Source of the DNA: a virus
Taxonomy: Duplodnaviria; Heunggongvirae; Uroviricota; Caudoviricetes
Reading direction: 5' to 3' (one strand)
DNA length: 64,000 nt
IMG/VR virus record: IMGVR_UViG_3300029841_000009
Location: 4,544-68,543 of that record
Shown here: one piece after another, positions 19,731-27,731 of the stretch
Numbering within the stretch: the stretch's first letter is position 1
Layout of the letters: each line of letters opens with the position of its first letter
Notes under the pieces: model-generated
What the model was told of the DNA's origin: nothing
The model's database searches: none
The model's input: the letters and a program-made list of their open reading frames with translations, nothing else
Program-made: the position numbers and the translations under genes

Positions 19731-20242
19731 TGATGGCCCCCGTCATTTCTGGTGCTTTTCACCGTGCGGCTTCTTAAAAACCTGCCATCACGAACAACAG
19801 ACACTTCTCGTTTACCCAACCTCATTTCACGGCGGTAACATTCAGAAAATGCCTCGTCCGGCATCATATAAATGCGACGCTTCGCCTCCGTATCCAGAAG
19901 GGAACGGCTTGGGGTTACATATAAAAACGACTCATCAATAGGGACAAAACCACGAGCAAGAATTGCTGGCAGAATGCCAGGAAGAACGCAGAAAACAGCT
20001 CCACGATGCAGCAACATCTGGTACTCCATGACCTCCGTTATCCCCGTGACTACTGTTACGGTGTCACGTCTGTTACGGCTGGCAACCAGTCGCTGCACAC
20101 GTCCAATTTTCTGATCTACAGATAGATGTTTGCTATCGTTATCAATATGATCGATAGCAAATCCTTTAATCGTTTGATCAAGGTAGTGCACCACCTTCGA
20201 TTGAATCTGGTGATTATCACCAAAGAAGGCCAGAATCATCAT
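19727..20242 (-). CDS. Hypothetical protein
   Basis: 171-aa ORF. Confidence 0.35.
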   Translation of the reverse strand: MMILAFFGDNHQIQSKVVHYLDQTIKGFAIDHIDNDSKHLSVDQKIGRVQRLVASRNRRDTVTVVTGITEVMEYQMLLHRGAVFCVLPGILPAILARGFVPIDESFLYVTPSRSLLDTEAKRRIYMMPDEAFSECYRREMRLGKREVSVVRDGRFLRSRTVKSTRNDGGHQ

Positions 20243-20733
20243 TCCTCAAGCCTCCCAAGTGCTGAACGCCGGGCGTTGCTAATCTCCTTATGAATCAGCT
20301 CGATATCGCTGGAATCTTTATTCTTAAGCTCCAGCACGGTAATCGCATCACGAACCTCTGAAACGGTTACGTGTGAGTGTTTCCAGCGAGCAATGAATCG
20401 CGGACCGCGTAGATTGCAACGCTCCGCAGGCATCCCCAACTCAGAGAAAACCGCTTTCAGCCTTGATAAGCAGTTAACAGGGAGATTCCCTTTGATCTTG
20501 TTCTGCCGAACCGATGTGCCATCGCTACGCTGGCGCTGACGTTCGGCAAAATCTGCCGCCCATTGCTGGACGTTAATCCGGCCTTCCGAATACGCCACCA
20601 GCAGCGTCAGGTTATCCGCACGAGGGAATCTCTCGAAGCGATACCAGGCACCAATCAGTGATGACGTAAAGCCAAACTTTCTGGCAACACCAATTTGGCC
20701 TCCATTTTCGTCAACCCACTCCTGAAAGGTCAT
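20239..20733 (-). CDS. Cro-like HTH regulator with C-terminal extension
   Basis: N-terminal HTH (QIGVARKFGFTSSLIGAWYR); divergent from the CI-like repressor across an operator-containing intergenic region; GGAG SD 8 nt upstream. Confidence 0.45.
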   Translation of the reverse strand: MTFQEWVDENGGQIGVARKFGFTSSLIGAWYRFERFPRADNLTLLVAYSEGRINVQQWAADFAERQRQRSDGTSVRQNKIKGNLPVNCLSRLKAVFSELGMPAERCNLRGPRFIARWKHSHVTVSEVRDAITVLELKNKDSSDIELIHKEISNARRSALGRLEE

Positions 20734-20752
20734 TTAACGAACTCCAGTTAAA

Positions 20753-20870
20753 ACCACGATATGTGGTATTAAAACCACATATCGTGAGTTTTTCAATGGG
20801 CAAAACAAAAAATAACCTTCTATTTGTGGTCCACCTCTCGTCTTACCATGTGAAAACCACTAAATGTGGT
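20753..20870. promoter_or_regulatory. Operator cluster between cro-like and CI-like genes
   Basis: Three 15-bp palindromes: ACCAC-GATAT-GTGGT (20753-20767), ACCAC-ATATC-GTGAG (20774-20788), ACCAC-TAAAT-GTGGT (20856-20870). Confidence 0.55.
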
Positions 20871-20907
20871 AATGTATAAATAACCCACCATTCACGATTG
20901 ATGAGAC

Positions 20908-21564
20908 ATGAAAAGCAACGACGAGAACATCAAGAAAGAAATAGGTCTGCGCATTCAGACTCTACGGAAACAATCCGGCATGACTGCCGGAGATCTCCAG
21001 CAAGTCACTGGAATAGGCTTAAGCACCTTGCAGAACTATGAGGCCGGATTAAGACAACCATCTATACCTGCCATCAAGAAAATCGCGCACGCCCTGAAAG
21101 CATCAGCGCCTTATATCGCGTGCTTAACAGATAACCCGTTCCCACCCCAGAATACTAACGCTCCTGTTATTCCTGGGCTTGTAGCTATAAAAAATGACAT
21201 AGCATCGCACGCCGGAGAAAAGCCAGTGCTGGCGATAGAACAGGAGATTCTACGAAGCAAGAACATCAACCCATCGTCTCTGTCAGTTCTCCAGAGCAAC
21301 GATGAGTTAATGTCACCAACAATATCCCCTGGCTCCCAAGTCCTGATTGATACAGACGATACAGAGATTCATGAGGGGATCTATGCCCTTGAAGACAGAA
21401 ATGGCCTGGTTGTTTTGAGGCACTGTAGAGTCATACCGGGTGACAATGCTGTTATGCTGTCAACCGAAAGGGATGCTGAAATGAACACTAAGCATCTGAA
21501 TAACGAGGAATTTAAGCGTTATAAAGTTCTGGGCCGCGTAGTTAGTGTTGTCAACTGGTTATGA
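20908..21564 (+). CDS. CI-like repressor (HTH-XRE N-domain + S24 LexA-like peptidase C-domain)
   Basis: N-terminal HTH (IGLRIQTLRKQSGMTAGDLQQVTGIGLSTLQNYEAG); C-terminal S24-like segment (ELMSPTISPGSQVLIDTDD). Confidence 0.8.
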   Translation: MKSNDENIKKEIGLRIQTLRKQSGMTAGDLQQVTGIGLSTLQNYEAGLRQPSIPAIKKIAHALKASAPYIACLTDNPFPPQNTNAPVIPGLVAIKNDIASHAGEKPVLAIEQEILRSKNINPSSLSVLQSNDELMSPTISPGSQVLIDTDDTEIHEGIYALEDRNGLVVLRHCRVIPGDNAVMLSTERDAEMNTKHLNNEEFKRYKVLGRVVSVVNWL

Positions 21565-21570
21565 TACACA

Positions 21571-21594
21571 GCACGGCGAAAGCCGTGCATTTCT
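21571..21594 (+). terminator. Terminator-like hairpin after the repressor gene
   Basis: GCACGGC-gaaa-GCCGTGC followed by ATTTCT. Confidence 0.4.
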
Positions 21595-21606
21595 ACGCTC
21601 AAAAAA

Positions 21607-21621
21607 ACCACATTTTGTGGT
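21607..21621. promoter_or_regulatory. Operator site (ACCAC-ATTTT-GTGGT)
   Basis: Perfect palindrome of the same family, upstream of the 21657 gene. Confidence 0.5.
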
Positions 21622-21656
21622 TTTGACAACATGTGAAAGTATAAAAGAGGCTACGC

Positions 21657-22031
21657 ATGGAATTACATACAGCCAATAAAAACGAAACTCTGATCACTGC
21701 TGGAATCGAAATCCAAGCGTTGAACATAGCGATTGAGTGTATGTTATGCCAAATCATTGATAATGAGAAAGATATCGACTGGATATCATCTACCCTTCAT
21801 CTTGCTTACGAGCAAAAAGCCTGCCTCAAAACAGCCTTACAATACGATGTGCCTTCTGTATCAAAGCTGTGCCAGTCATTGATGGCATATAACAGAGCTA
21901 TCATTTCTGTATGCCTCATGATTCTCGATGAGAATACCCCTCTTAGCGACCGCTCAGAAGCAGCTCTAACCCTCTCACGTAAACAGCGACAGCTAGCAAA
22001 TCAACTGATATCAACGATAGCTGACCTCTGA
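21657..22031 (+). CDS. Hypothetical protein downstream of the repressor
   Basis: 124-aa ORF preceded by an operator and followed by a hairpin. Confidence 0.4.
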   Translation: MELHTANKNETLITAGIEIQALNIAIECMLCQIIDNEKDIDWISSTLHLAYEQKACLKTALQYDVPSVSKLCQSLMAYNRAIISVCLMILDENTPLSDRSEAALTLSRKQRQLANQLISTIADL

Positions 22032-22036
22032 CTGCA

Positions 22037-22054
22037 AGCGGGCTAACGCCCGCT
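22037..22054 (+). terminator. Terminator-like hairpin
   Basis: AGCGGGC-taac-GCCCGCT. Confidence 0.4.
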
Positions 22055-22055
22055 T

Positions 22056-22160
22056 ATATGATTATAGATTTATATAATTATATAAAACGCTTTTCATCCG
22101 CCAAAAAGTTGGTTATGCTTACCTCGTTCTATAAATATAGATTTATAGAATTATATAACC
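22056..22160. repeat. AT-rich iterons flanking the parA promoter (centromere/operator candidate)
   Basis: TATGATTATAGATTTATATAATTATATAA (22056-22088) and CTATAAATATAGATTTATAGAATTATATAA (22129-22160). Confidence 0.55.
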
Positions 22161-22166
22161 AAACAC

Positions 22167-22835
22167 ATGGAGTCTCGACAAATGACTATCTCTGTAGGTA
22201 TTTTCAACGGAAAAGGCGGCGTAACCAAATCAACAATTGCCCGTGCTTTAGCAGTTGCTTATGCAAAGGCTGGCTGGAATGTATGCCTGATCGATATGGA
22301 TGTGCTTAACGGAACGGTAACGCGTTGGGTACAACGCAGAATGGCCAACAATATCGAACCAGCAATCGCGGCGCAGCCGTGCGGCACACCATCACAAGTC
22401 CAGAAAATCATCGAATCAGAAGTATACGACCTGGTTATCGTCGATGGCGGTGCCTACGCATCTGAATCAGTACCGAAGCTCTCTGAATTTCTGGATATGG
22501 TTATTTTGCCAACCAGATTCTCTACCGATGACCTGGAAACCACCGTTAACACAGCTCACGGCATCGTTAAAAAGGGTGTACCAATCAAGAAAATTTGCAT
22601 GGTGTTTTCCGGCGCGGCTGAAAACGAAGCTGACTATATTGAAGCCCAAGAGTACCTGGCTAATACGCCATACTTTGTTGTCGATAAGTACATTCCCCAC
22701 AAGCCAGCTCTGAGCAAAGCTCAGGATAAGGGCTTAAGCCTTATTGAGTGCTCATACGTTGCGCCACGCAAAAAGGCAGACGATGTTATCCAGGGGATTA
22801 TCAATCAGCTTGAGGCTCTGACTACTGCCGCGTAA
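22167..22835 (+). CDS. parA: ParA/Soj-family partition ATPase (start possibly 22182)
   Basis: Deviant Walker A GIFNGKGGVTKST; about 220 aa, typical small ParA; GGAG SD 9 nt upstream of the second ATG. Confidence 0.8.
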   Translation: MESRQMTISVGIFNGKGGVTKSTIARALAVAYAKAGWNVCLIDMDVLNGTVTRWVQRRMANNIEPAIAAQPCGTPSQVQKIIESEVYDLVIVDGGAYASESVPKLSEFLDMVILPTRFSTDDLETTVNTAHGIVKKGVPIKKICMVFSGAAENEADYIEAQEYLANTPYFVVDKYIPHKPALSKAQDKGLSLIECSYVAPRKKADDVIQGIINQLEALTTAA

Positions 22836-22872
22836 TATATAATTATAGTTTTATAGATTTATATAAAAGGGG
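22835..22872. repeat. AT-rich iteron between parA and the RHH gene
   Basis: TAATATATAATTATAGTTTTATAGATTTATATAAAAGG. Confidence 0.5.
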
Positions 22873-22878
22873 ATACAC

Positions 22879-23127
22879 ATGGCCGCACCATCAAAACCAC
22901 CGAAAAAGAACAGCAAAGGCGTACCGCCATCAATCGAACAACCGCAGGTTTTCGACCCGACTGAAACGCCGACCAGAACCAAATCAGGTGGGGCACAAAT
23001 GGCGTTTAACGTCGACCCTGAATTTAAACGCGAGTACAAAACGTTCGCCAGCTCAATGGATATGTCATTGAAAGAAGTGCTGACAAAATCTTTTGAGTTA
23101 CTCAAGGCTCAATACAACCAGAAGTAA
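22879..23127 (+). CDS. ParG-like ribbon-helix-helix partition / centromere-binding protein
   Basis: 82 aa with disordered basic N-terminus and C-terminal RHH-like MAFNVDPEFKREYKTFASSMDMSLKEVLTKSFELLKAQ; directly downstream of parA. Confidence 0.55.
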   Translation: MAAPSKPPKKNSKGVPPSIEQPQVFDPTETPTRTKSGGAQMAFNVDPEFKREYKTFASSMDMSLKEVLTKSFELLKAQYNQK

Positions 23128-23156
23128 GAGAAGGTGACGGCCTCCAGCGCCAACTG

Positions 23157-23339
23157 TTGGCCGTCGCGACACAACAAGGGGAATTTGTTATGTCCGAGCA
23201 ACAATATACACGGTTACTGAAAACTCGTCTAACCGACCTCAAACGGCTGCAAGCTGGTTGCTTATTTGCCCTGCTATCTACCAGGCCAGAATGGGTACGT
23301 GAAGCAGTTCTGAAAGGTTTAATGCGCTCCAGCGTTTAA
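23157..23339 (+). CDS. Hypothetical small protein
   Basis: 60-aa ORF after the RHH gene. Confidence 0.3.
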   Translation: MAVATQQGEFVMSEQQYTRLLKTRLTDLKRLQAGCLFALLSTRPEWVREAVLKGLMRSSV

Positions 23340-23349
23340 ATTCAACCAT

Positions 23350-23371
23350 AAAAAAGGCCCCCGAAGGGGCC
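23350..23371 (-). terminator. Rho-independent terminator (minus-strand orientation)
   Basis: GGCCCC-cgaa-GGGGCC hairpin with T5 on the minus strand. Confidence 0.5.
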
Positions 23372-23377
23372 TAATCG

Positions 23378-23500
23378 CTACTTGCTGCTAATGTTTATCG
23401 TCACATTCAGAGCGTTATCAGTAATCTTCCAACCCTCCCCATGTGGCGTAAACAAAGCTCCAGTAACAACGATAAAAATACACATACAGTATTTTTTCAT
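23378..23500 (-). CDS. Small hydrophobic protein (40 aa, MKKYCMCIFIVVTGALFTPHGEGW...)
   Basis: Internal start of the 23378-23560 ORF with AAGGG SD 7 nt upstream; hydrophobic N-terminus; terminator downstream. Confidence 0.3.
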   Translation of the reverse strand: MKKYCMCIFIVVTGALFTPHGEGWKITDNALNVTINISSK

Positions 23501-23731
23501 TGTATGGCCCTTACAGGCCGTTTCACGGCATCCCCACCGACGAAAACAACGCGAGAGCAAGCACGGCTGCTTGTGCTTGCATGTACGGCAACGGAGAATC
23601 CTCCCCTAAAGTCGGTGCCCGGGTGCGAATCGGCGGGAAGGTCCACAGGTATTTTACGATTATTTTAAGATTAGTTATAGGAAAGAAATTAAACGAAAAA
23701 ACTCGTTTATTTTCACAAAATCAGTAACCTA

Positions 23732-23746
23732 CCCACAATCTGTGAG
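23732..23746. promoter_or_regulatory. Operator-like site (CCCAC-AATCT-GTGAG)
   Basis: Same half-site family as the cro/CI operators. Confidence 0.35.
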
Positions 23747-23943
23747 TTTGCAGGCACAACAAGAACCACAATTTTATGAAGCATAATAGTGGACTATTAT
23801 TACCTTTTGGGTAAAATTAACTTGCTGCTTGTGCTTGCGTGGTTGTTTATACAACAACGTAATGCTGAAAGGACCGCGAATCCGATCAGCACGAAAGAAC
23901 CGTCCTCAATAGGGCGGTTTTTTTGTTTCTGCCTACCAATAAA

Positions 23944-23958
23944 CCCACACTATGTGGT
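23944..23958. promoter_or_regulatory. Operator-like site (CCCAC-ACTAT-GTGGT) upstream of the antirepressor operon
   Basis: Palindrome of the operator family, next to a TTGACA -35-like hexamer at 23985. Confidence 0.45.
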
Positions 23959-24014
23959 TGTCTCTGTTAAAATCCCGCCGTATTGACATAAATGCGCCAT
24001 TGGTGGACACTTTC

Positions 24015-24095
24015 CGAGCCGTAGCAAAATCTACGGTCGGGATTGGAACCCCGATAATCATCATGGCGCATACCGCGTTAGCGGTTTTTTTATGC
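24015..24095 (+). ncRNA. Candidate c4-like antisense/regulatory RNA in the antirepressor leader
   Basis: Hairpins CCGTAG-caaaat-CTACGG and TCGGG-AUUGGAA-CCCGA, then terminator ACCGC-gtta-GCGGT plus T7; loop UUGGAAC is complementary to GUUCCAA at 24175-24181. Confidence 0.3.
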
Positions 24096-24256
24096 GTAAA
24101 GCACTGCTACACCCAAATTATGGTGGGGCGTGCGGGGGAGTCGTAAGACTCGCCGGATTCCATGGTGACCGGTAGTTCCAACCCTGTACGTCTCACCACC
24201 CAATGATTGGAACCAGACGGTGGTGAGTATCCTTAACCTTTAAGGGAACTATCACC

Positions 24257-24448
24257 ATGACAAACCTACCCCATGACTATTACGTCAACCTCGTAAAGAT
24301 CCTTCTCAAGAAAGCCTCATACGCCGATAAATTCCGCCTGGCTGAAATCATCGAGCGCGAAGCTATGCGCATCGCCAGCAACGATAACGCTGTTTCTGTC
24401 GCAAAAATCTCCCTCGTAACCAAAGTAGTTATGGGAGGTGCAAAATGA
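24257..24448 (+). CDS. Small protein translationally coupled to the antirepressor (Icd-like position)
   Basis: 63-aa ORF; its stop overlaps the ant ATG (ATGA). Confidence 0.4.
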   Translation: MTNLPHDYYVNLVKILLKKASYADKFRLAEIIEREAMRIASNDNAVSVAKISLVTKVVMGGAK

Positions 24449-25626
24449 AAACGCTTCCGACCGTTAACACCCTACAGCCTATCCTGCATAACCAGCTCCC
24501 CGTTATCACTACTGAACTACTGGCGCAATTGTATGGAACCGAGCGCCAACGTCTGACAAACAATTTCAATAGAAACAAGGAACGTTTTATAGAAGGTAAA
24601 CACTTTTTTAGGATAGAAGGTAAAGAGTTACGAGAGTTGAAGAACAAAAACTCTTTAAGAGTTCCTGTGAGAGTAGTTAACGAACCATCTTTAAGAGGGT
24701 TACAAATTCCCCCGAAAGTTCGCTCCCTCATCCTCTGGACAGAACGCGGGGCTGCACGTCACGCCAAAATGCTTGAAACTAACCAAGCGTGGGATGTGTT
24801 CGAACGGCTGGAAGACAGCTACTTCAACCAGAACGCACAAACGGCCGCGACCGTAACCGTCTCACCAAACAATGCTCGTGAGGTTGTCGATACGCTCAAC
24901 GCCAAACCAATGTATTACGTTAAGGTGTGCAACAACGAGCCACTCACAACCTCAGCCGATGTTGCCCAAGCATTCAGCACCACAAACAATTCCATCGTTA
25001 TGGCCATCGATGCGTTACGCATTCCTCGCACGGCTGCGGCGCGTCACTTCTTTAAAGAACAACGACCGCTGGAAGGAAGCGACCGCGAAATAACAATCTA
25101 TCGCATGACAAAAGACGGATTTACCTTGCTCATGGAAAGTATCGACGGTCCAGGCGTGAAGGATATCAAGCTGGCCTACATTGAAGCCTTTAACGCTATC
25201 AGCAGCGTGTTAAAGGCAGAATACGAGCGAATGCTATACAACCGACTGTATCAGGAAACAAAGATTATCCGAACGGCAACAGAACATCATCGGCTATTAA
25301 CGGAACCAAACTACCGCAAGACACTAATCAAAGAGTTTGACAAGGCGACGGAGAAAACTAAAGCGGCACTAAATCTACCAACAATGACTAAAGATGATGT
25401 GATATCAGCCTTACTTCTTGATCTGCTCAGAAACGCCAGAGCACTTATCAGTTTTGACGAAAACCTGAATCCTCAGCTCAAGCTACTACCACCGACAGGC
25501 AAAGTAGTCGACCAAGCAGATCACAACAGCATACTCAGCGTACTGGATGCAAACCTGCCAGCCAGGACACTACAGGAGCTGATAAAAATATCTGCGGATA
25601 AACTGGCCGCAGGTGCAAAACCATAA
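24445..25626 (+). CDS. Antirepressor (ORF6N-like N-domain + Rha-like domain)
   Basis: N-terminal LYGTERQRLTNNFNRNKERFIEGKHFFRIEGKELRELKN; central ITIYRMTKDGFTLLMESIDGPGVKDIKLAYIEAFN (Rha-type). Confidence 0.75.
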   Translation: MKTLPTVNTLQPILHNQLPVITTELLAQLYGTERQRLTNNFNRNKERFIEGKHFFRIEGKELRELKNKNSLRVPVRVVNEPSLRGLQIPPKVRSLILWTERGAARHAKMLETNQAWDVFERLEDSYFNQNAQTAATVTVSPNNAREVVDTLNAKPMYYVKVCNNEPLTTSADVAQAFSTTNNSIVMAIDALRIPRTAAARHFFKEQRPLEGSDREITIYRMTKDGFTLLMESIDGPGVKDIKLAYIEAFNAISSVLKAEYERMLYNRLYQETKIIRTATEHHRLLTEPNYRKTLIKEFDKATEKTKAALNLPTMTKDDVISALLLDLLRNARALISFDENLNPQLKLLPPTGKVVDQADHNSILSVLDANLPARTLQELIKISADKLAAGAKP

Positions 25627-25630
25627 AACA

Positions 25631-25650
25631 AAGCGCCCGATTTGGGCGCT
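25631..25650. terminator. Bidirectional terminator hairpin between convergent genes
   Basis: AGCGCCC-gatt-GGGCGCT with A/T runs on both sides. Confidence 0.5.
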
Positions 25651-25660
25651 TCTTCAATTC

Positions 25661-26296
25661 TTAATATTTCGGTGTAATCAGTAGCGATACATGCCCTGAT
25701 TTGTCACGAGAAACGTAATACTCGCCTCTCTTAGTCTTGAACTCAGCTTTCTGCATATCTGATTTAACAATCTGCTCTAACTGCGCAATCACGGTGTCTC
25801 TTTCACTTGACGCATCCAAGACTTCAACTGCTACGGCCATAGAAAGCAAGGAATCAGAGTTAGGCTTGGATACTCGCCATAATAACTCAGAAATCTTCCC
25901 ATCCTTATCAACTCTAGCCCGACCGTTAACAGATGAGTTGATGGCAAATTCAACGGTGTTATTACCTTGTTTAACAGACTTAATTCTTATAGTGGAGGTG
26001 GCTTTTCCTGATGTAACGATGCCTTCAAGGTCATCATTATATAACTGCTTAAACTTATCTACGGTCACACCATCAAAAGCAGCTCCGGTAGTAGCCGCAG
26101 TGTTGGAGTCTTCTGGGATCAAGGTCACAGCCGCAAGAGTATTAACAACTACAAAAGTAGCAATCCCGAGAAAGCCACTCACTAAAACAGCTTTGAACTT
26201 ACCACCAGAAGACGAGGCACATTGTTTCCGATATGCGCCACGAACTACGAAGAAACACAAAATCAGGCTAATAATAAACGCCACCAGCATCCCCAT
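25661..26296 (-). CDS. Membrane-anchored hypothetical protein
   Basis: 211 aa with two predicted N-terminal TM helices and a Ser/Thr/Asn-rich soluble domain. Confidence 0.45.
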   Translation of the reverse strand: MGMLVAFIISLILCFFVVRGAYRKQCASSSGGKFKAVLVSGFLGIATFVVVNTLAAVTLIPEDSNTAATTGAAFDGVTVDKFKQLYNDDLEGIVTSGKATSTIRIKSVKQGNNTVEFAINSSVNGRARVDKDGKISELLWRVSKPNSDSLLSMAVAVEVLDASSERDTVIAQLEQIVKSDMQKAEFKTKRGEYYVSRDKSGHVSLLITPKY

Positions 26297-26862
26297 AGAA
26301 ATCTCCTTTTAGATATAAGGGTAAAGCAATATCGTATTAGATCTTCCTTAAGACACAACCCCCCCTCCCCCCATACAGGGTGCCCTTTACCGGAGTTCCG
26401 GCCCCTTCTCAAAAGCATCAAAAAAAGCTCGAGATCGAGTACCGGAACTCATGCCACCAGATAGCTCCACATCGTTTCCAATGCTTCGCCGCCGTGTGCG
26501 CCCTGTGGCCCACAATCATGCCATTGGTCGTCTGATATACCTTCTTCTGCTCATTGAGCACAGGCGAGTTGTCGCACTCCTGCCTTTCTCAGACTCGACT
26601 TAGTTTAGATCGCTGTTCCTGGCTTGCGTCAGCACACTTTCCCCTTGTACGCATACCCGCGCGCCACTTCGCCCAAAAACACCGAACCCAACGAAGTAGC
26701 AAAGACAACGACGCGAGCGTGAGTCTGAAACGTGCACCAGTAAAAAAGGGGTTGCAGGCGCAAAAAGATTTGATTATCTTTAGACGCAAGAAAGCCGCCC
26801 CAATCAAGAGGTGTCTTTTTAAATCCAGCCTACCAAGCAAGATTTAAATTTCAGACTGAAAA

Positions 26863-26890
26863 CCGCCCGGCAAGGCGGTTTTTGTCTTTC
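26863..26890 (+). terminator. Rho-independent terminator closing a 600-bp noncoding island
   Basis: AACCGCC-cggcaa-GGCGGTT followed by TTTTTGTCTTT. Confidence 0.5.
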
Positions 26891-26931
26891 TGGCGCTTAC
26901 ATTACACCACCAGAAAACGATCCGTAAAGGA

Positions 26932-27204
26932 TCATTTGATCCCTTGTTCCAATTCTGCCGACACTTTAACCTTTTCCCATACAAGGGTTTGCAGCCTTAA
27001 CAGAATCGCATCTTTATCAAGGTGTGAAAGATCCTTAACCATATCGTCAAACGACAGAACGCGAATGGCCATCTCAATGACCCTCGGCGGCTCCCCCTTC
27101 TCATATCGCTTATATGTAGCCAACGATATCCCAAACTCTTCGGCTGCTCGCTCCTGCGTCCAGTTCATCCCACGACGCCATAATTTCAATTCGTAACCCG
27201 TCAT
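26932..27204 (-). CDS. HTH-XRE family transcriptional regulator
   Basis: ELKLWRRGMNWTQERAAEEFGISLATYKRYEKGE: Cro/C1-type HTH. Confidence 0.6.
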   Translation of the reverse strand: MTGYELKLWRRGMNWTQERAAEEFGISLATYKRYEKGEPPRVIEMAIRVLSFDDMVKDLSHLDKDAILLRLQTLVWEKVKVSAELEQGIK

Positions 27205-27305
27205 TACATCCTCTACCTTTCCCTAGATATTCAATAAATTAGACATAGCCACTCACGACAAAATAAGATGTATTAACAATCCAATCTTTAGGCTTTAGGT
27301 AAAAA

Positions 27306-27731
27306 ATGAGTTCATCTGCTTTTGTCACCGTGGTCACTGGTGTAAGTGTTTTTGTTCTAGGCCAACTCATCGTCAAAGGAGCTATTGAGCCTTACATTTC
27401 ATTCAGGGAACAACTAGGGAAAATATCCAATCTGTTATTATGTAACCAAGCAAAAATAGTGAATCCTAGCTCGAACTTAAAGCCAGAAATCATTCATGAT
27501 CTAAAAGATTCCGCAGCACAGTTAATGGCAAAATATTCCACTTTACCTTTCTATATCAAAAAGTTACATATCGGCTTTCGTCTTGTTCCATCAGCCACCG
27601 AGATTCTTGGGGCAGCTCGAAATTTGAACTATATAGCGTCAATACATGAAGGTAAGACTGGGGAGAATCCATCTAAGCATCTCGAAGAGATTGGCCATAT
27701 GCTCAAAATACCAACTACCTATTCAAGCTAA
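27306..27731 (+). CDS. Hypothetical protein with N-terminal TM helix (AT-rich gene)
   Basis: 141 aa; AFVTVVTGVSVFVLGQLIV TM segment; divergent from the HTH gene; visibly lower GC than its neighbours. Confidence 0.45.
   Translation: MSSSAFVTVVTGVSVFVLGQLIVKGAIEPYISFREQLGKISNLLLCNQAKIVNPSSNLKPEIIHDLKDSAAQLMAKYSTLPFYIKKLHIGFRLVPSATEILGAARNLNYIASIHEGKTGENPSKHLEEIGHMLKIPTTYSS

Noticed and set aside
26554-26847. Plus-strand 97-aa ORF (and overlapping minus-strand 83-aa ORF 26589-26840) in the noncoding island
   Set aside because: TTG start, extreme basic low-complexity composition, mutually overlapping on opposite strands, no SD; treated as noncoding.
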